Assembly (NCBI GenBank): GCA_024679065.1
Contig: JAGIQG010000004.1
Coordinates: forward strand, 32,302,001-32,366,000
DNA: 64,000 bases
Origin: Sphyrna mokarran
Lineage: Eukaryota
Reading direction: 5' to 3'
Below are positions 1 through 11,988 of the stretch, in pieces. The position numbers and the translations under genes are program-made. The notes under the pieces were generated by a model that saw only the letters and a program-made list of their open reading frames with translations, had not been told where the DNA came from and searched no databases. Numbering within the stretch: the stretch's first letter is position 1; each line of letters opens with the position of its first letter.

Positions 1-88
1 CCCATCCCACTGCAGTAAATGGAGATTTGGCTTATTGCTAAAATCTCCATCTTCGCTGCAGCATAGAACAGGTGATAAAAATCACCCC
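1..88. mobile_element. Palindromic MITE remnant, cut by the window start
   Basis: Internal inverted repeat ctgcag..atggagatttggc / gctaaaatctccat..ctgcag; ends in aaaatcacccc like the other MITEs here. Confidence 0.5.
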
Positions 89-302
89 TCAATCTTAGAA
101 ATAGCTTTTAGTTCACATCCTTTGATCTACTTTTTTTCAAATGTTTGTTCCTCTGGTCATATATGGTCCTTTCAGGATTCCCGTCACCAATTCCTTTCCT
201 AGGGAACCTAACCTTGACTGCTAATGCCATCCCTCTGCATCAGCCTCATAAACCAACTCTCTCCCCACCGCTCATTGCTTTTCCCCAACTGTAAGATCTT
301 TA

Positions 303-756
303 AATGTAGATTTTACCACTTTGATTCTAAGTGCTGAATTTGGGCGCAATTCAGATCCGACTTGGAAACCTATTCCCAGGCGTCCTCATATGCATTTAGC
401 CAGAAAAAAAAATTGCGGGTCTGAATTGCGCTGTGAGTGGGGCTTATCATGCCTGAAACATTGCTGCTCCGATCAGAACTGCGCATGCACAATGAAAAAT
501 AAAATTGAAAAATGCTCCCCTATCACATCATTCCCGTGCTGCTTTATTAACTTTTTGAGGGAGCGATGGTCTCCACAGATATCGCCCCACCTCCACTACA
601 TAACTATCTCCCTTATCCACCACCCACCTGATACCCAGATTGATCGCAACCCTCTGCCTCCTTTTCCCTCCATTGGTTGCCTACAGAATGGCAGTGGATG
701 CCTCCTGACCCCCCCCCCCCCCCACACCCTGAGATCCATCTGGCCTTCCCACACGC

Positions 757-794
<38 letters not shown>

Positions 795-1331
795 CCAACA
801 CCAGTGAGAGATCGGACCTCCCTCATCCCTCCATTAGTGAGAGATCAGACGTTCCCCTCTCCTCCCACCCTCCCACCCACCACTCGAGATACATCTGACC
901 CACCTCATCCTCCTCTCTCCATCATCAGAGAATGATCTGGCCCACCTCCCTGCCCCCCTCCACCACTGATCTGAGTTAGAGAGCCGCCGGAAGCTCTGAG
1001 CTTACCCCTTCAGAAGCTGGAGTGTCCAAAACAGACCTTTGCCGAGCAGGTCTGTTTTGCGCTGAATCTGGATGGGCAAACATGATGGTAAGGGGGTAAG
1101 TGCTGGTAAAGTTGGATGGGCAGCCCATTAATTCAATTTAAATACATGCAAATACATTTAAATCACTGTTGCGCTCATTGCAGCTGTGATTCACATTGTG
1201 GTCATTTTCGAGGTTTGATGAAGTGGGCATCTGTGCGGATGCGGGCGCAGATCACGTTAATGGCCTCACGCTTGACTTTACCGAGTTTTCAGGCTTGAAA
1301 ACAGGCACAATGCAATGGTAAAATCGAGCCC
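303..1331 (+). mobile_element. Non-autonomous TIR DNA transposon (Harbinger-like)
   Basis: TIR cores gattttacca (309-318) and tggtaaaatc(gagccc) (1316-1331). Both ends are clearly similar to the element at 29179-30452. C-rich interior. Confidence 0.7.
758..793. repeat. Poly-C run of 36 nt (a second run at 709-723)
   Basis: Seen directly; source of the poly-Pro and poly-Gly ORFs. Confidence 0.95.
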
Positions 1332-1344
1332 ATTGTGTCAAACA

Positions 1345-1460
1345 TGAGAGCAGATGGAGAAATGGAGTTGAGACCTAAGATCAGCCATGACCAAATTAAA
1401 TGGCAGAGCAGGTGGCACAGGCTGTGTGGTTTACTCCTACACCTGTTTCTTGTGTTCCTA
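1345..1460 (+). mobile_element. CR1 LINE 3' tail fragment
   Basis: tggagttgag..agatcagccatga..aaatggcagagcagg..ctcctac..tttcttgtgttcc, a typical shark CR1 3' UTR. Confidence 0.7.
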
Positions 1461-1574
1461 TACCTTCCACTGTGTTCCCATCACCCCGGCAGCTTCCAGA
1501 ATCCACATGCACTTACCCTGCTTTATAAAACATATCTAGCATCTATTTATAAATCAGTGCTAAAAATAGGTAAT

Positions 1575-1902
1575 AGATTAGAAAAAGAATCCCTACAGTG
1601 CAAAAGATGCCATTCTGACCATCGAGTCTGCAACGACAACACTCTCACCCAAGCCCTATCCCCATAACCCCACACATTTACCCTACTAATCTCCCTGACA
1701 GTAAGGGGCAACTTAGCATGGCAACTCAATCTAACCTGCACATTTTTGGACTATGGTAGGAAACTGGAGCTTTGGGGGGAAACCCATACAGATACAGGGA
1801 GAACGTGCAAACTCCACACAGACAGTCCCTTGAGATTAGAATTGAATCTGGGTCCTGGAGCTGTGAGGCAGCAATGCCAACCATTGTATCACCATGTCAT
1901 CC
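1575..1902 (-). mobile_element. HE1 SINE (V-SINE)
   Basis: Reverse complement of the tRNA-like head, V domain (gtgcaaactccacacagacagt) and CR1-type tail (gaatccctacagtgca). Confidence 0.9.
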
Positions 1903-3074
1903 TAATAAATATTAATAGACAAAAACAAAAAACTTGTTCCTGACCAAGTATGGTTTTGGAGAGCGATGACAGATTATTTGCAAGAGAATAATGGCACAGG
2001 CAGCAGGCTTCTGCAATCCTTGAAATCTTCCTGACATGCAGATTTCACACTCTCCTATCAGTGTACATATGAATAGCCCAAGGCCACACATTAGATGCCA
2101 CATACAACTGTCTTATTCAACTCTGGTTCAATAACCCTCTTCACTTCAGTCACTGCTCTTCAATATCACCTAAAATCAATGAGATATTCCAAGATAGCAG
2201 ATATTCAATAACATGCAAATCAATAATCCTCTTATTAATACTTCATAAATTAGGTTTAGCAGTGAGTTATAGGTCAATGAATGTAAATAATATTTAAAAG
2301 AAAAAGGTCTGCAGCTAGAGTTACTTCTTTTAAATTATTTTGTTTGCCAAAAGTAATTGAGTCTTAATAACATTCTATTTCCTTTGCTTCTAATGACTCC
2401 AAAGGTATTAGCATCTAATAAATCCAAAGTAGCTTGTCATGGATGCTAATTTTACCATCAAAAAGATGATAGGTCTCAGAAAGGTTAATACCCATTTTAA
2501 TGCAAACTTTACTCAGAATAGACCAAATTAAAAATTCTAAACTTCTAGGTTTCCAACCAAAGAACCAAAGCAAACAAGGAGATTTTTGTTTTACTGGATT
2601 AACTTACTCAATATTATTCACAGTTTTAAAGCATCCACATTTTCTCATTCCATCTGTATTCAGGTCATATTGTTAGCAATAATCTAACACAGCAATTATC
2701 TTAGAAATATATAAAAATGGAACAAATCTCAAACAATTTAGTAATGTTAAATCTCATTGCTTTTCCAGGAAACACAAATTGAATGAGATGAATTCTCTAA
2801 GAAATTACACAAGATCCATCATACAAGTTAAATTTAATTGTTAATTGTATACATGTATGAACAAAAGAAGCAAGTCATGAAAATTCATCCAGCAATTGGG
2901 AATGAAAGCCTCTGTAGGCTGAACATGTCGGGATTAACATAAGAAAAACTCACGAGTCCCCCAGAATTACAAACTACACAATGGAATATTATTCAGAGTG
3001 CATTCATCACTGCAATTCATGTCATTTTGACAATGGCCTACACAATCCATAGACCACTTTGTCAAAATAGAAGA

Positions 3075-3295
3075 CAATAAGCAGTCTCCCAAGACCAGGT
3101 TAAAGCCTAGCTGGTTTATTTGGTAGCACGAGCTTTCAGAGTGATGCTCCTTCATCAGGTGAGTGGATCACTCACCTGATCGAAGACCAGTGCACTAAAA
3201 GCTCATTCTACTAAATAAACCTGCTGGACTTTAACCTAAAATTGTGAGGCTTCTTACTGTGCCCACTGCAGTCCAATGCCAACATCTCGCATCAT
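3075..3295. mobile_element. Penelope-derived fold-back mini-element (inverted pseudo-LTR pair plus ~34-nt tail)
   Basis: Left arm 3075-3165 is the diverged reverse complement of right arm 3169-3260; centre atcaggtgagtg-gat-cactcacctgat. Arms match the Penelope termini at 3857-3960 and 58455-58580. Confidence 0.85.
3127..3161 (-). ncRNA. Minimal type-I hammerhead ribozyme motif in a Penelope terminus
   Basis: Minus strand reads cac-CUGAUGA-a-GGAG-cauca-CUCU-GAAA-GCUC-gug: core boxes intact, stem I cac/gug, palindromic AGCU stem III. Confidence 0.7.
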
Positions 3296-3613
3296 ACAGA
3301 AGATGTTACATGCTGTAATTTGTCCAACACAGAGCTGGCTGACAGAATTATTGAGTTGATGATTGCATCCTCTCCCATGGAAGCACTCCAGAAAGATCTG
3401 GTAGACAAACACAAAACATAAAACATTGAAGGGTTACTCAAGGATGAATGCAAGTCCAAGGTGATTTTTATTATTTGACATAGCTTACAGGTTCTAGGTA
3501 CACCCCATTTGTTGATGCACTCACTAAAACACCCAAACTTACCAAGATATGTGGAAGGTGTGGAGTTCTGCATTTACCAAGGAAATGTCCAGCCTTTCAT
3601 CTGAAAGACATGT

Positions 3614-4478
3614 GGGCAGCATGGTGACATAGTAGTTAACAATATTGCCTCACAGCTCCAGGTACATAGGTTCGATTACAGCATTGGGTGACAGTGTGAA
3701 GTTTGCATATTCTCTCCATGTCTGCATGGGTTTCCTCTGGTTTCTTTCCAGGCCCAAAGATATGCAGGTTAGATGGATTATCCATGCTAAATTGCTCCTT
3801 AGTGTCACAAAAGGTATAGGTTAGGTGAATTAGCCATGGGAAATTTATGGAGTAAACACAGTAAGAAATTTCACAACACCAGGTTAAAGTCCAACAGGTT
3901 TATTTGGTAACAAAAACTACTAGTTTTCAGAGTGCTGCTCCTTCATCAGGTGAGTACAGTTTCAGTTCACAAACAGGGCATATAAAGACACAAACTTGAT
4001 TTACAAAATAATGGTTGGAATGCGAGTTTTTATAGGTAATCAAGTCTTAAAATTACAGGCAATGTGAGTGGAGAGAGAGTTAAATACAGGTTAAAGAGAT
4101 GTGTATTGTCTGTAGCCAGGACAGTTAGTGAGATTTTGCAAGCCTAGGCAAGTCATGGGGTTACAGATAGTGTAATATGAACCTAAGATCCCAGTTGAGG
4201 CCGTCCTCATGTGTGTGCAGAACTAGGCTATCTGTCTCTGCTCAACAACTCTGCATTGTTATGTATCAGGAAGACTGCCTTGGAGATTGCTTACTCGAAG
4301 ATCAGAGGCCGAATGCCTGTGACTGCTGAAGTGTTCCCCAACAGGAAAAGAACACTCTTGCCTGGTGATTGTCAAATGGTGTTCATTCATCAGATAGGGC
4401 AAAGTAAGATGCACTGTTAGAGATTTGGTGCAAACTTGATGAGCCTCTTCTGCACTGTAGCGATTCTATGATTCTATG
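3614..4478 (+). mobile_element. HE1 SINE split by a Penelope insertion (3614-3856 plus 4393-4478)
   Basis: Head gggcagcatggtgacatagtagttaac; the tail cttctgcactgtagcgattctatgattctatg resumes after the Penelope. Confidence 0.88.
3857..4391 (-). mobile_element. Penelope-like element fragment (GIY-YIG C-terminus plus pseudo-LTR)
   Basis: Reverse complement aligns by eye with the Penelope at 58035-58555; degenerate hammerhead motif at ~3918-3953. Confidence 0.88.
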
Positions 4479-4624
4479 TAGCAGAAAAGGACCTTGGCAT
4501 CAGCAGTGCACTAGAGAAAAAGCTGATGCAACTACAAAGAGCAATGATCTGAACAGACCGTACACAATGAGTACTTGCAAGCAATAAGAATGACCATCCA
4601 GTTTCCCATCAGAAACTTAAACAT

Positions 4625-5360
4625 GAGGTAATTTATACAGTAAATGGCAGAACCCTTAAGAGTATTGATGGGAAGGAGTATTGTATCTGGGTGTACAGGT
4701 ATACAGGTCACTGAAAGTGGCAATGCAGGAGAAGGCGTACAGCACACTTGCTTTCATCAGCCGGGGCATTGAGTTTAAAAATAGGCAAGTCATGTTGCAT
4801 CTATATGGAACCTTAGTTAGGCTGAACTTGGAATATAGCGTTCAATTCTGGTTGCCACACTACCAGAAGGATGTGGAGGCTTTGGAGATGGTACAGAAAA
4901 GATTTACCAGGATGTTGCCTGGTATGGCGGGCATTAGCCATGAGGAGAGGTTAGAGAAACTTACTTTTTTTCTCACTGGAGTGACGGACTTTGAGGGGCG
5001 ACCTGATAGAAGTCTATGGACAAAGCGGATAGTCAGAAGCTTTTCCCTAGGGTGGAAGAGTCAATGACGAAGGGGCATAGGTTTAAGGAATGGGGGCAAG
5101 GTTTAAAGGAGGTGTGCGAGGCAAATGTTTTACATAGAGAGTGGTGGGTGCCTGGAACTCACTATCAGGGGAGATAGTGGAAGCACATACAATAGTGAGT
5201 TTTAAGGAGCATCTTGAAAAATAATGAATAGGGTGAGAATGGAGGAATATGGTCCCCAGAAGGGTAGCAGGTTTTAGTTCAGTCAGGCAGCATGGTCAGT
5301 GTAGGTTTGGAGTCCTGAAGAGTCTGTTCCTGTGCTGCAATTTTTCTTTGTTCTTTTTCT
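4625..5360 (+). mobile_element. CR1 (HER1-like) LINE 3' fragment
   Basis: ORF 4681-5067 LAFISRGIEFKNRQVMLHLYGTLVRLNLEYSVQFW..ALEMVQKRFTRMLPG, followed by a CR1 3' UTR. Confidence 0.92.
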
Positions 5361-5904
5361 TTGTAATTTACAAACCAGAAATTGACGTTGATATCTATGA
5401 GAACACAAAAAATGATGAACACATGCGTCACGTCATCAGCCTCAAGGAGAACATAAATGCCATCACACCATCTGAGGTGTTTGCCAAGATTCAAATGACC
5501 TGCCATGAGAAGATTGGGAGCTGCAATCAGATGAAAGATTGACACAGGGCAAGTGCCAACATACTACCCCTGCGAATTCTAAAAGACCTACATCCACAGG
5601 CAAGGAAGGCCATAGTGAAACCTGTTGCTGCCTAATAACAGTTCACAAATTCCATGTGCAGGATTAAAAGTCCAAGAGTGCAAGTACAATCAATTCCCCT
5701 GGGTTTCATAGGTAAAGCCTAGTGATTGTACATTTCCTGGCATGCTGTAATCCCACGTTAGTACAGTCCGCATTATCAGTCAGACTTCACACAGTAGATA
5801 AATCTCATATAGCATTGCTATCATCTCAGTTTGTGACCAAACATCAAAATATCCACAACGTTTCAATAAAATTGACAATTTCAATGGAGCTTCAATGTTA
5901 CAAT

Positions 5905-6250
5905 GGTTGGCATGGTAGTGCAGTGATTAGCATTGCTGCTTCACAATTCCAGAGACCTGGGTTCGATTCCAGGCTCAGGTCATTGTCTGTGTGGAGTTTG
6001 CACATTCTTCTCATGTTTGCGTGGGTTTCCTCCGGGTGCTCCGGTTTCCTCCCACAATCCAAAGATGTGTGAGTTAGGTTGATTGGCCATGTTAAAATTG
6101 CTTCTTACAATCCTGGGATGTGTAGGTTAGAGAAATTAGCAGATGGATGTGTAGGAATATGGGGATGAGACCTGGGTGAGATTGTGGTCGGTGCAGACTC
6201 GATGGGCCAAAGGCCCTGTTTCTGCACTGTAGAGTTCTATGATTCTATGA
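5905..6250 (+). mobile_element. Full-length HE1 SINE with 6-bp TSD
   Basis: B-box gggttcgattcc, V domain and ttctatgattctatga tail; TSD tacaat at 5899-5904 and 6251-6256. Confidence 0.93.
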
Positions 6251-7269
6251 TACAATTACAGGAGAATGCAAGTCTGTTAACTGATCTAGAACATTTTGCT
6301 CAAAGCAAAATGCCAGCAGGTACAAGCGAAACAATGACAGATTCTAAATTATAGAAACAGTGGAAAATCATTATCGATGGATGGCCAGATACAATTCAGC
6401 ATGTCCACTAACATGCAAGACCATCTTGGCCTTATCTAGATGCTGGCTTCTCTCAAGGAGTCATTTTCAAAGATAGGTAGGTCATCTTACTGAAATTTTT
6501 ATAACCTTATAATCTTTAACAACTTCATCACTCATCCATAGAGATCAAATGGGAATACTCACAACTGAGATAGTCTTTTAGCTGTATTAAACAACGACAT
6601 TGGAAGTCATCACCAAGATGTGTGAGGTATGTCAAGGGCATATTCCAAAACCTGCCACAGGAATAACAGATGCCACATGAGATTCCTACTCATCCTTGGT
6701 CCAAAGTTGCAGCCAACAGATTTTAAACCCATGACACTGACTTCATAATCTTTGTCAGATACTTCATCAAGTACACCATCATTCAACAATTATACAATAT
6801 GTCAAACACAACTGTTGCACACACTCCAAAAGCTGTTTTCAGTTTATTTACTGTACCTAGAGATCATTATGGATAGTAGTTTGCAATATATTGGGGGGTA
6901 AATCATTTCATGATAAGTCTGTTAAGTGGAATATCAGTCACCCTAGTTTTTCTCTTCATTATCCCAAAACCAACAGAATGAATGATTAATACAATGAAAT
7001 CTCAAGATTTCAAAAACAAGATCTCAAGTGCAACCAGAAACGACATCAAAAAATGACAATTCCACAGATCACTGCACATCACCAAAGAAACTTCTAGACA
7101 AGGTTACAATTGCAAGATCTGGGCTTATCAGTATGTTACCTTAACATTTTAGCAACTCATAGGTTCAGCACTATTATACATCTATGTCATGATAATTAAC
7201 ATGTATATGCATTGTAAATCATATTACTTCTTTGATAGGGTTGGAAGTATCCTTATAAAGAAAGGAGGA

Positions 7270-7433
7270 TGTTGCCTTTAAGGAATAGCAGCATGCCATC
7301 ACTGAAAGGGAAGTGTGTCATACAATCCAGTCTCAATTTCACTTTGACCTGTAAGCAGAACACAGCACTCATTATTTCTGCCTTTGTAAAAGTGCTCTCA
7401 TGGTGCCTATGCTTAATAAATAAACTCACAACA
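7270..7433 (+). repeat. 3' LTR of the Gypsy element (164 bp)
   Basis: TGTTG...CAACA inverted termini, polypurine tract aaagaaaggagga immediately 5', AATAAA near the 3' end. Confidence 0.82.
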
Positions 7434-7949
7434 CACTTATCCAATTCCTTCTGAGTGATTGGTGTCTTTAGATCATAATAAAAACATGACAGAAAGTATA
7501 GTGACTGCTTCTAGGGAAGCCACAGCATTCTTCTGCAGCACACCCTCAGGTACCTCCTTGTCCTCCTTATCTTATAGAGACTTCAGTTAATTGATATGAG
7601 ATGGGCGAGCATCATTTTAAAGGAGATATTAACAGAATGCGCAACATAACTGTGATTGGAATACACTAGAAGTGCTCAGTTAGTAAGCAGTGTTAATACT
7701 TCTATTTACTTACCAGTACACAGACTGTAATGTCTTGTATGTAGAAATTTTGTTAAATTCTGAAGTCTTGGCAGATCAGGAAGAGCACAAGGGTGCAGTT
7801 GATGAGTACTACATCCTTGGGATACAGACAGTATCAAGGAATTCTTGTTGTAAGTCACATTAGAGCTACATGCATTGCTGTGTTCACAACCCTTCCATGC
7901 TAATGACACAGTTCAGTAACCAACTCCTAGAGAATTATATATTTTGCAT

Positions 7950-8620
7950 TTTTTTAATTCATTTATGGGAAAAGGGCACCATTGGCTGGCTGGCATTTAC
8001 TGTCCATCCCTAGTTTCTGTTGAGAAGGTGATAGTGAGCTGCCTTCTTGAATCGCTGCAGTCCATGTGCTATGCGTTGACCCACAATGCTGCTAGGGAGG
8101 GAATTCCAGGATTTTGACCCAGCAACTGTGAAGGAAGAACAATATATTTCCAAATCAGGATGGTGAGTATTTTGGAGGGGAACTTGCAGGTAATGGTGTT
8201 TCCATGTATCTGCCGCCCTTGTTCTTCTAGGTGGAAGTGCTCGTGGGTTTGGAAGGTGCTGTCTAAGGATCTTTGATGAATTGCTGCGGTACATCTTGTA
8301 GATAGTATACACTGCTGCTCCTGAACGTCGATGGTAGAGAGACTGGATGTTTATAAATATGGTGCCAATTAAGCGGGCTGCTTTGTCTTGGATGGTGTCA
8401 AGCTTCTTGAGTGTTGTTGGAGCTGCACCCATCCAAGCAAATGGGGAGGATTCCATCACACTCTTGACTTGTGCCGTGTAGATGGTGGACAAGATCTGGG
8501 GAGTCATGACGTGAGCTAAGCACAGCAGTATTCCTAGCCTCTGACCTGCTCTTGTAGCCACTGTGTTTATGTGGTGAATCCTGTTAGTTTCTGGTCAATG
8601 GTAAATCAAGGATGTTGAGC
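7950..8620 (-). mobile_element. Non-LTR retrotransposon (CR1/jockey group) RT C-terminus plus 3' UTR
   Basis: ORF 8010-8561 RAGQRLGIL..STIYTAQVKSVME..LDTIQDKAARLIG..SWNSLP; its 3' tail is shared with the SINE family at 24975-25332. Confidence 0.88.
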
Positions 8621-9020
8621 AGTACTCTGCAGTTCTATAGAGACAGGGTGGTCATGAGAAAATAAATTTCTCTTGTGCGTGCTGGATCCCAAGGGCTGTT
8701 TGAGATCTATGGTGTCTGTATTAGTGCTTTTTGCCAATTCTATACCTATGCATTCAATATAAACTAATATTGGTGCTGCTATGTATTCCATGTGCTGTGC
8801 CACATGTATTGTGGTGCCTTTATTTTAACTCCAGCTCAATATGAAGACAAACAATAACAGGAATAGTTCAGTAAACATCAGCAAAGAATATACTAATGGA
8901 AGCAACTGTTTTACTGCTTAACTGAACTTAACAAAAGTACTATGGTTAACAAAAAGCAAAGATCTTGTCATAGAATTTAGCTCTGTGGTGTCGCAGGAAT
9001 CTGCAAAACAGAAGCTGACA

Positions 9021-9129
9021 GGCATGGTTTTTCCGGCTAGTTCTGGCACAGAGATCTGAGGGCCCAGTTTCAGTCAATGGCTCGTCGTATTTTCAGGCTC
9101 CGCCCCTGCCTTGCCATAAAATTCCACCC
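9021..9129. mobile_element. Short GC-rich MITE
   Basis: Decayed TIRs ggcatggttttt ... aaaattccaccc; same family as 21729-21866. Confidence 0.6.
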
Positions 9130-9199
9130 CACATCCTGATTGGCGATGACAGGTTTGTGCACCATGGAGCCACTGACATTCCCCTGGGTGCATGCTTCA

Positions 9200-10200
9200 G
9201 CCATCTGTTCAAGAACTGATCACCAAACTGCTGTGTGAGCCTGCATATCCCAGTGAGTAAGGAGATTCACAGTCAGGATGGCAGCAACCTGAGCCCACAA
9301 AGCAGCAAGCACAGAGCTCACGCATTTCCCAGTTCTGCGATAGAATTCGACATCCCAGCTATCAGACACTGAATCCTGGTTGGGTCTGCAAATGTCCATA
9401 TGCAGTTGGCCATCATATCCGCACTGGAAAGAAGGGGCTCCTAACTCTGTGCAAACCCCTATGCCTAACACCTCATCCTCCTTAACAACACTGCCAAGAT
9501 TCTCCATGTGAGTGCTCATCACCATTCCCTTGTACCCTGCCCCATTAAAATCCTTATCTGAACCCAACAGTGAGCTGGCAAATGAATTGTCCTTTCCAAT
9601 TGGTTCAGTGGCTCATCACTGCTGTCCTCTGTGCTCACAGGGACATTCAGGTTCACACAGGAGTCAATATTTCAGCAAATTGTGGAGGCCCCTTCCCCAG
9701 GGGAATATTCGTGACTGTGTGCTGCACGAACATCTTGTCCACTCTTATGACAGAACTTTGTGCTGATCCCAACTCTCTTTTACCCTCTAAGATATGTGCA
9801 GTGTCAGTATGTGAGTCGGTAGCTGTAAGTGTCAAACCAATTGACAGTGTATCTTCCTCCCAGCTGCACGTTTCTTCTGGGTCTTCAGTTTCAGATACCA
9901 CTGAGTGGACACTGGCCAGTCCTTGGGTATATGAAAGCAATAGATCAGAAGGAGAGGGTTCAGGTGAGGGATTTGTGAAGAGCAGTATTGTAGAAGTGTA
10001 CTGTCACCCTGAGTGGTTGCAGTGGCCTTTGTGACAGCTGGTCTCACAATGCTGAGCACAGTCTCCACCAAAGTAATGCAGGTATGCTTGCTTCACTGTC
10101 TCTTTCTTTCTCCATATCTTTCTCTCTCTTATTCTCTCTCTGTTTCTTTAATTCATTCTGCTTGTTTGCACAGCCCATCTTGTCCTGCAAAAGAGAGGGA
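9200..10200 (-). pseudogene. Probable relic of a Harbinger Myb/SANT-type DNA-binding gene
   Basis: Minus-strand acceptor ctctcttttgcag|GACAAG (~10185) followed by fragmented frames ETVLSIV.. and EEDTLSIGLTLTATDSHTDTAHILE, which resemble my recollection of shark Harbinger Myb-protein tails. Frameshifted. Confidence 0.45.
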
Positions 10201-11529
10201 ATTTTGCCATCAATAGTGTTGCACTGTGTTTGGATGATGTGCCTGTAACTGCTGAATGGCTGGAGGCATGTGGAATAAGAATGTGGTTGTGAGGCTGGTG
10301 TGTAGTACTGGAAGGTGTGTGGGGGTAAAAGTGAAGCTCAGCATGAGCTCTTCATGCCTGGCACTGTGGATAATCACTCAATAACGGTGTGGTGCATTGA
10401 ATAATATGAGAAGCTGGTAGTTTGGCCTGTAGGAGATATCATACAAATATGCTATACCAATACTCAGTTCCCTGTTGAGCATTCAGTCAGTCAGGATGCA
10501 CTTGGCTCAACTCTACAATCATTTCAATGAGGAGACAACATGAAGTGTGCACACTGCCTGCCTCAACAGGAGTGAATGGGTGGCTGACAGCAGATCAGGT
10601 CCTTGTACACAAAAACAAGGGCCAACCTACTTTTAGCCCACTTGCTCTGTTTCGGAGCTAACTGTTCGTCTGCAGTTGCCAGTTTTTGTTGCTTGATTTA
10701 ATGCCAAAAGCAATTATCATTCACTTCAAATCAGAGCACAGAGGCCCTGGGATACAGGAAACAGAAAAAAAAACCTTTGGGCTTTGAACTGTAGAGTAAA
10801 ACAAATACACTTAACAAAAGGAACAGATCTTTTCGTTCCTTTATAGTCTCACTTCAAACCCAACCTACAAAATCTATTTTAATTCATGTTATCTCATTGG
10901 ATTATTCACAGTGGGGATGCTGAACTTCAACTTCTTAGCTTACTAATCTACTAACATGGCTTCTCCAGCTCTTAGATATACAATTAGGCCACTACTGACA
11001 CACATCATTATCGACATGGAGGCAAACAAATCTTTCAAACCGCCTCTGGCTAAATATTACAAAGAACATGGCTTGTTATCCTAATAGCAAGATAAGTGAT
11101 AGAAAATCTTTATGATTGATGCGCATTTTCCGAGTCAGGTTAAAATGTTCATCATTAGCATTTTTGCATGAAGGGGATAATAGACTAATGATGAACATCT
11201 TTCCTTCTATTCATTTGTAAATTTAGGTGTCAAAATAGATGAAGTATTAATCAATGATACTCAAGCAAGTGAAGAACTTTAGTAACTACTAGAAAGAAGA
11301 GATGAACAAATGGGTTAGATTTAATGTATACTATTAAAGAACTTATAAACTTGACTGATTTATAGGTGCTGTTAATCTACAAGTGTTTAGAGATTGCATT
11401 AAGACCACTTACACAAAATAGTTTCTTCACAAGATGGAGAATTGTTAATGTGCGAGTAAAAACATTAACAACATAACATGAACTGACATCATTACGGAAT
11501 AATTTTTAAACTTCAGAATATCATCCTGG

Positions 11530-11735
11530 ATCATGGAAACGCTGTAATGCAGAAGAAGGCCATTCAGCCCATCAAGTCTGCATCTACTGTCCAACAAAAC
11601 ATCTTTCCCAGGCTCACCCTGCCCTGTCCCATTCGCTTAACCCAATGCATTTACCCACCTAATCCCTCTAACCGACGCATCTTGGGCACTAAGGGGCAAT
11701 TTAGCATGGCCAATCCACCTAACAGCACCATCTTT
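11530..11735 (-). mobile_element. 5'-truncated HE1 SINE
   Basis: gcagaagaaggccattcagcccatcaagtctgca..aaggggcaatttagcatggccaatccacctaac. Confidence 0.85.
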
Positions 11736-11988
11736 GGGCTGAAAAAGGCATGTATATCAGTACTTGCTGCTGGTCATTCAATGGCAGTGTTTATCAACCT
11801 AATATAATTTATAGGTTAATACATACCTCATTAATTGACAATACTTTTCAGCACCAAAATAAATGACAAAATGTTTAGTTGGGATGAGCAATGGAGACTA
11901 AAACATAACCCTGATTGATAGTGATTCTGGCATATGATTGAAAGAGGTATGATAATCTGAGCAAGGTGTGAAACTAGTGATGCAGCTC

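Larger units (their letters stand above)
2855..7433 (+). mobile_element. Decayed Gypsy/Ty3 LTR retrotransposon (gag-protease-integrase; RT/RNase H deleted; 5' LTR not seen), broken by nested insertions
   Basis: Manual translation: gag-like QSIDHFV (~3040), zinc knuckles CGRCGVLHLPRKCPAF (~3550) and CSRKGPWHQQC (~4480), protease KIDTG/ASANILP (~5535-5570), WKIIIDGWPDTIQ (~6360), integrase MPHEIPTHPWSKVA (~6670) and HYPKTN (~6957), then PPT and LTR. Confidence 0.88.

Noticed and set aside
321-935. 204-aa proline-rich ORF (formin/WASP-like)
   Set aside because: Produced by poly-C runs inside a non-autonomous transposon; no splice or domain context.
5905-5975. tRNA genes (A/B boxes here and at other SINE heads)
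   Set aside because: No cloverleaf; each continues into a SINE body and LINE-derived tail.
7714-7926. Minus-strand exon ending in CTG|GTAAGT
   Set aside because: All three frames from the nearest plausible acceptor contain stops, and the longest peptide is unrecognisable; at most non-coding.
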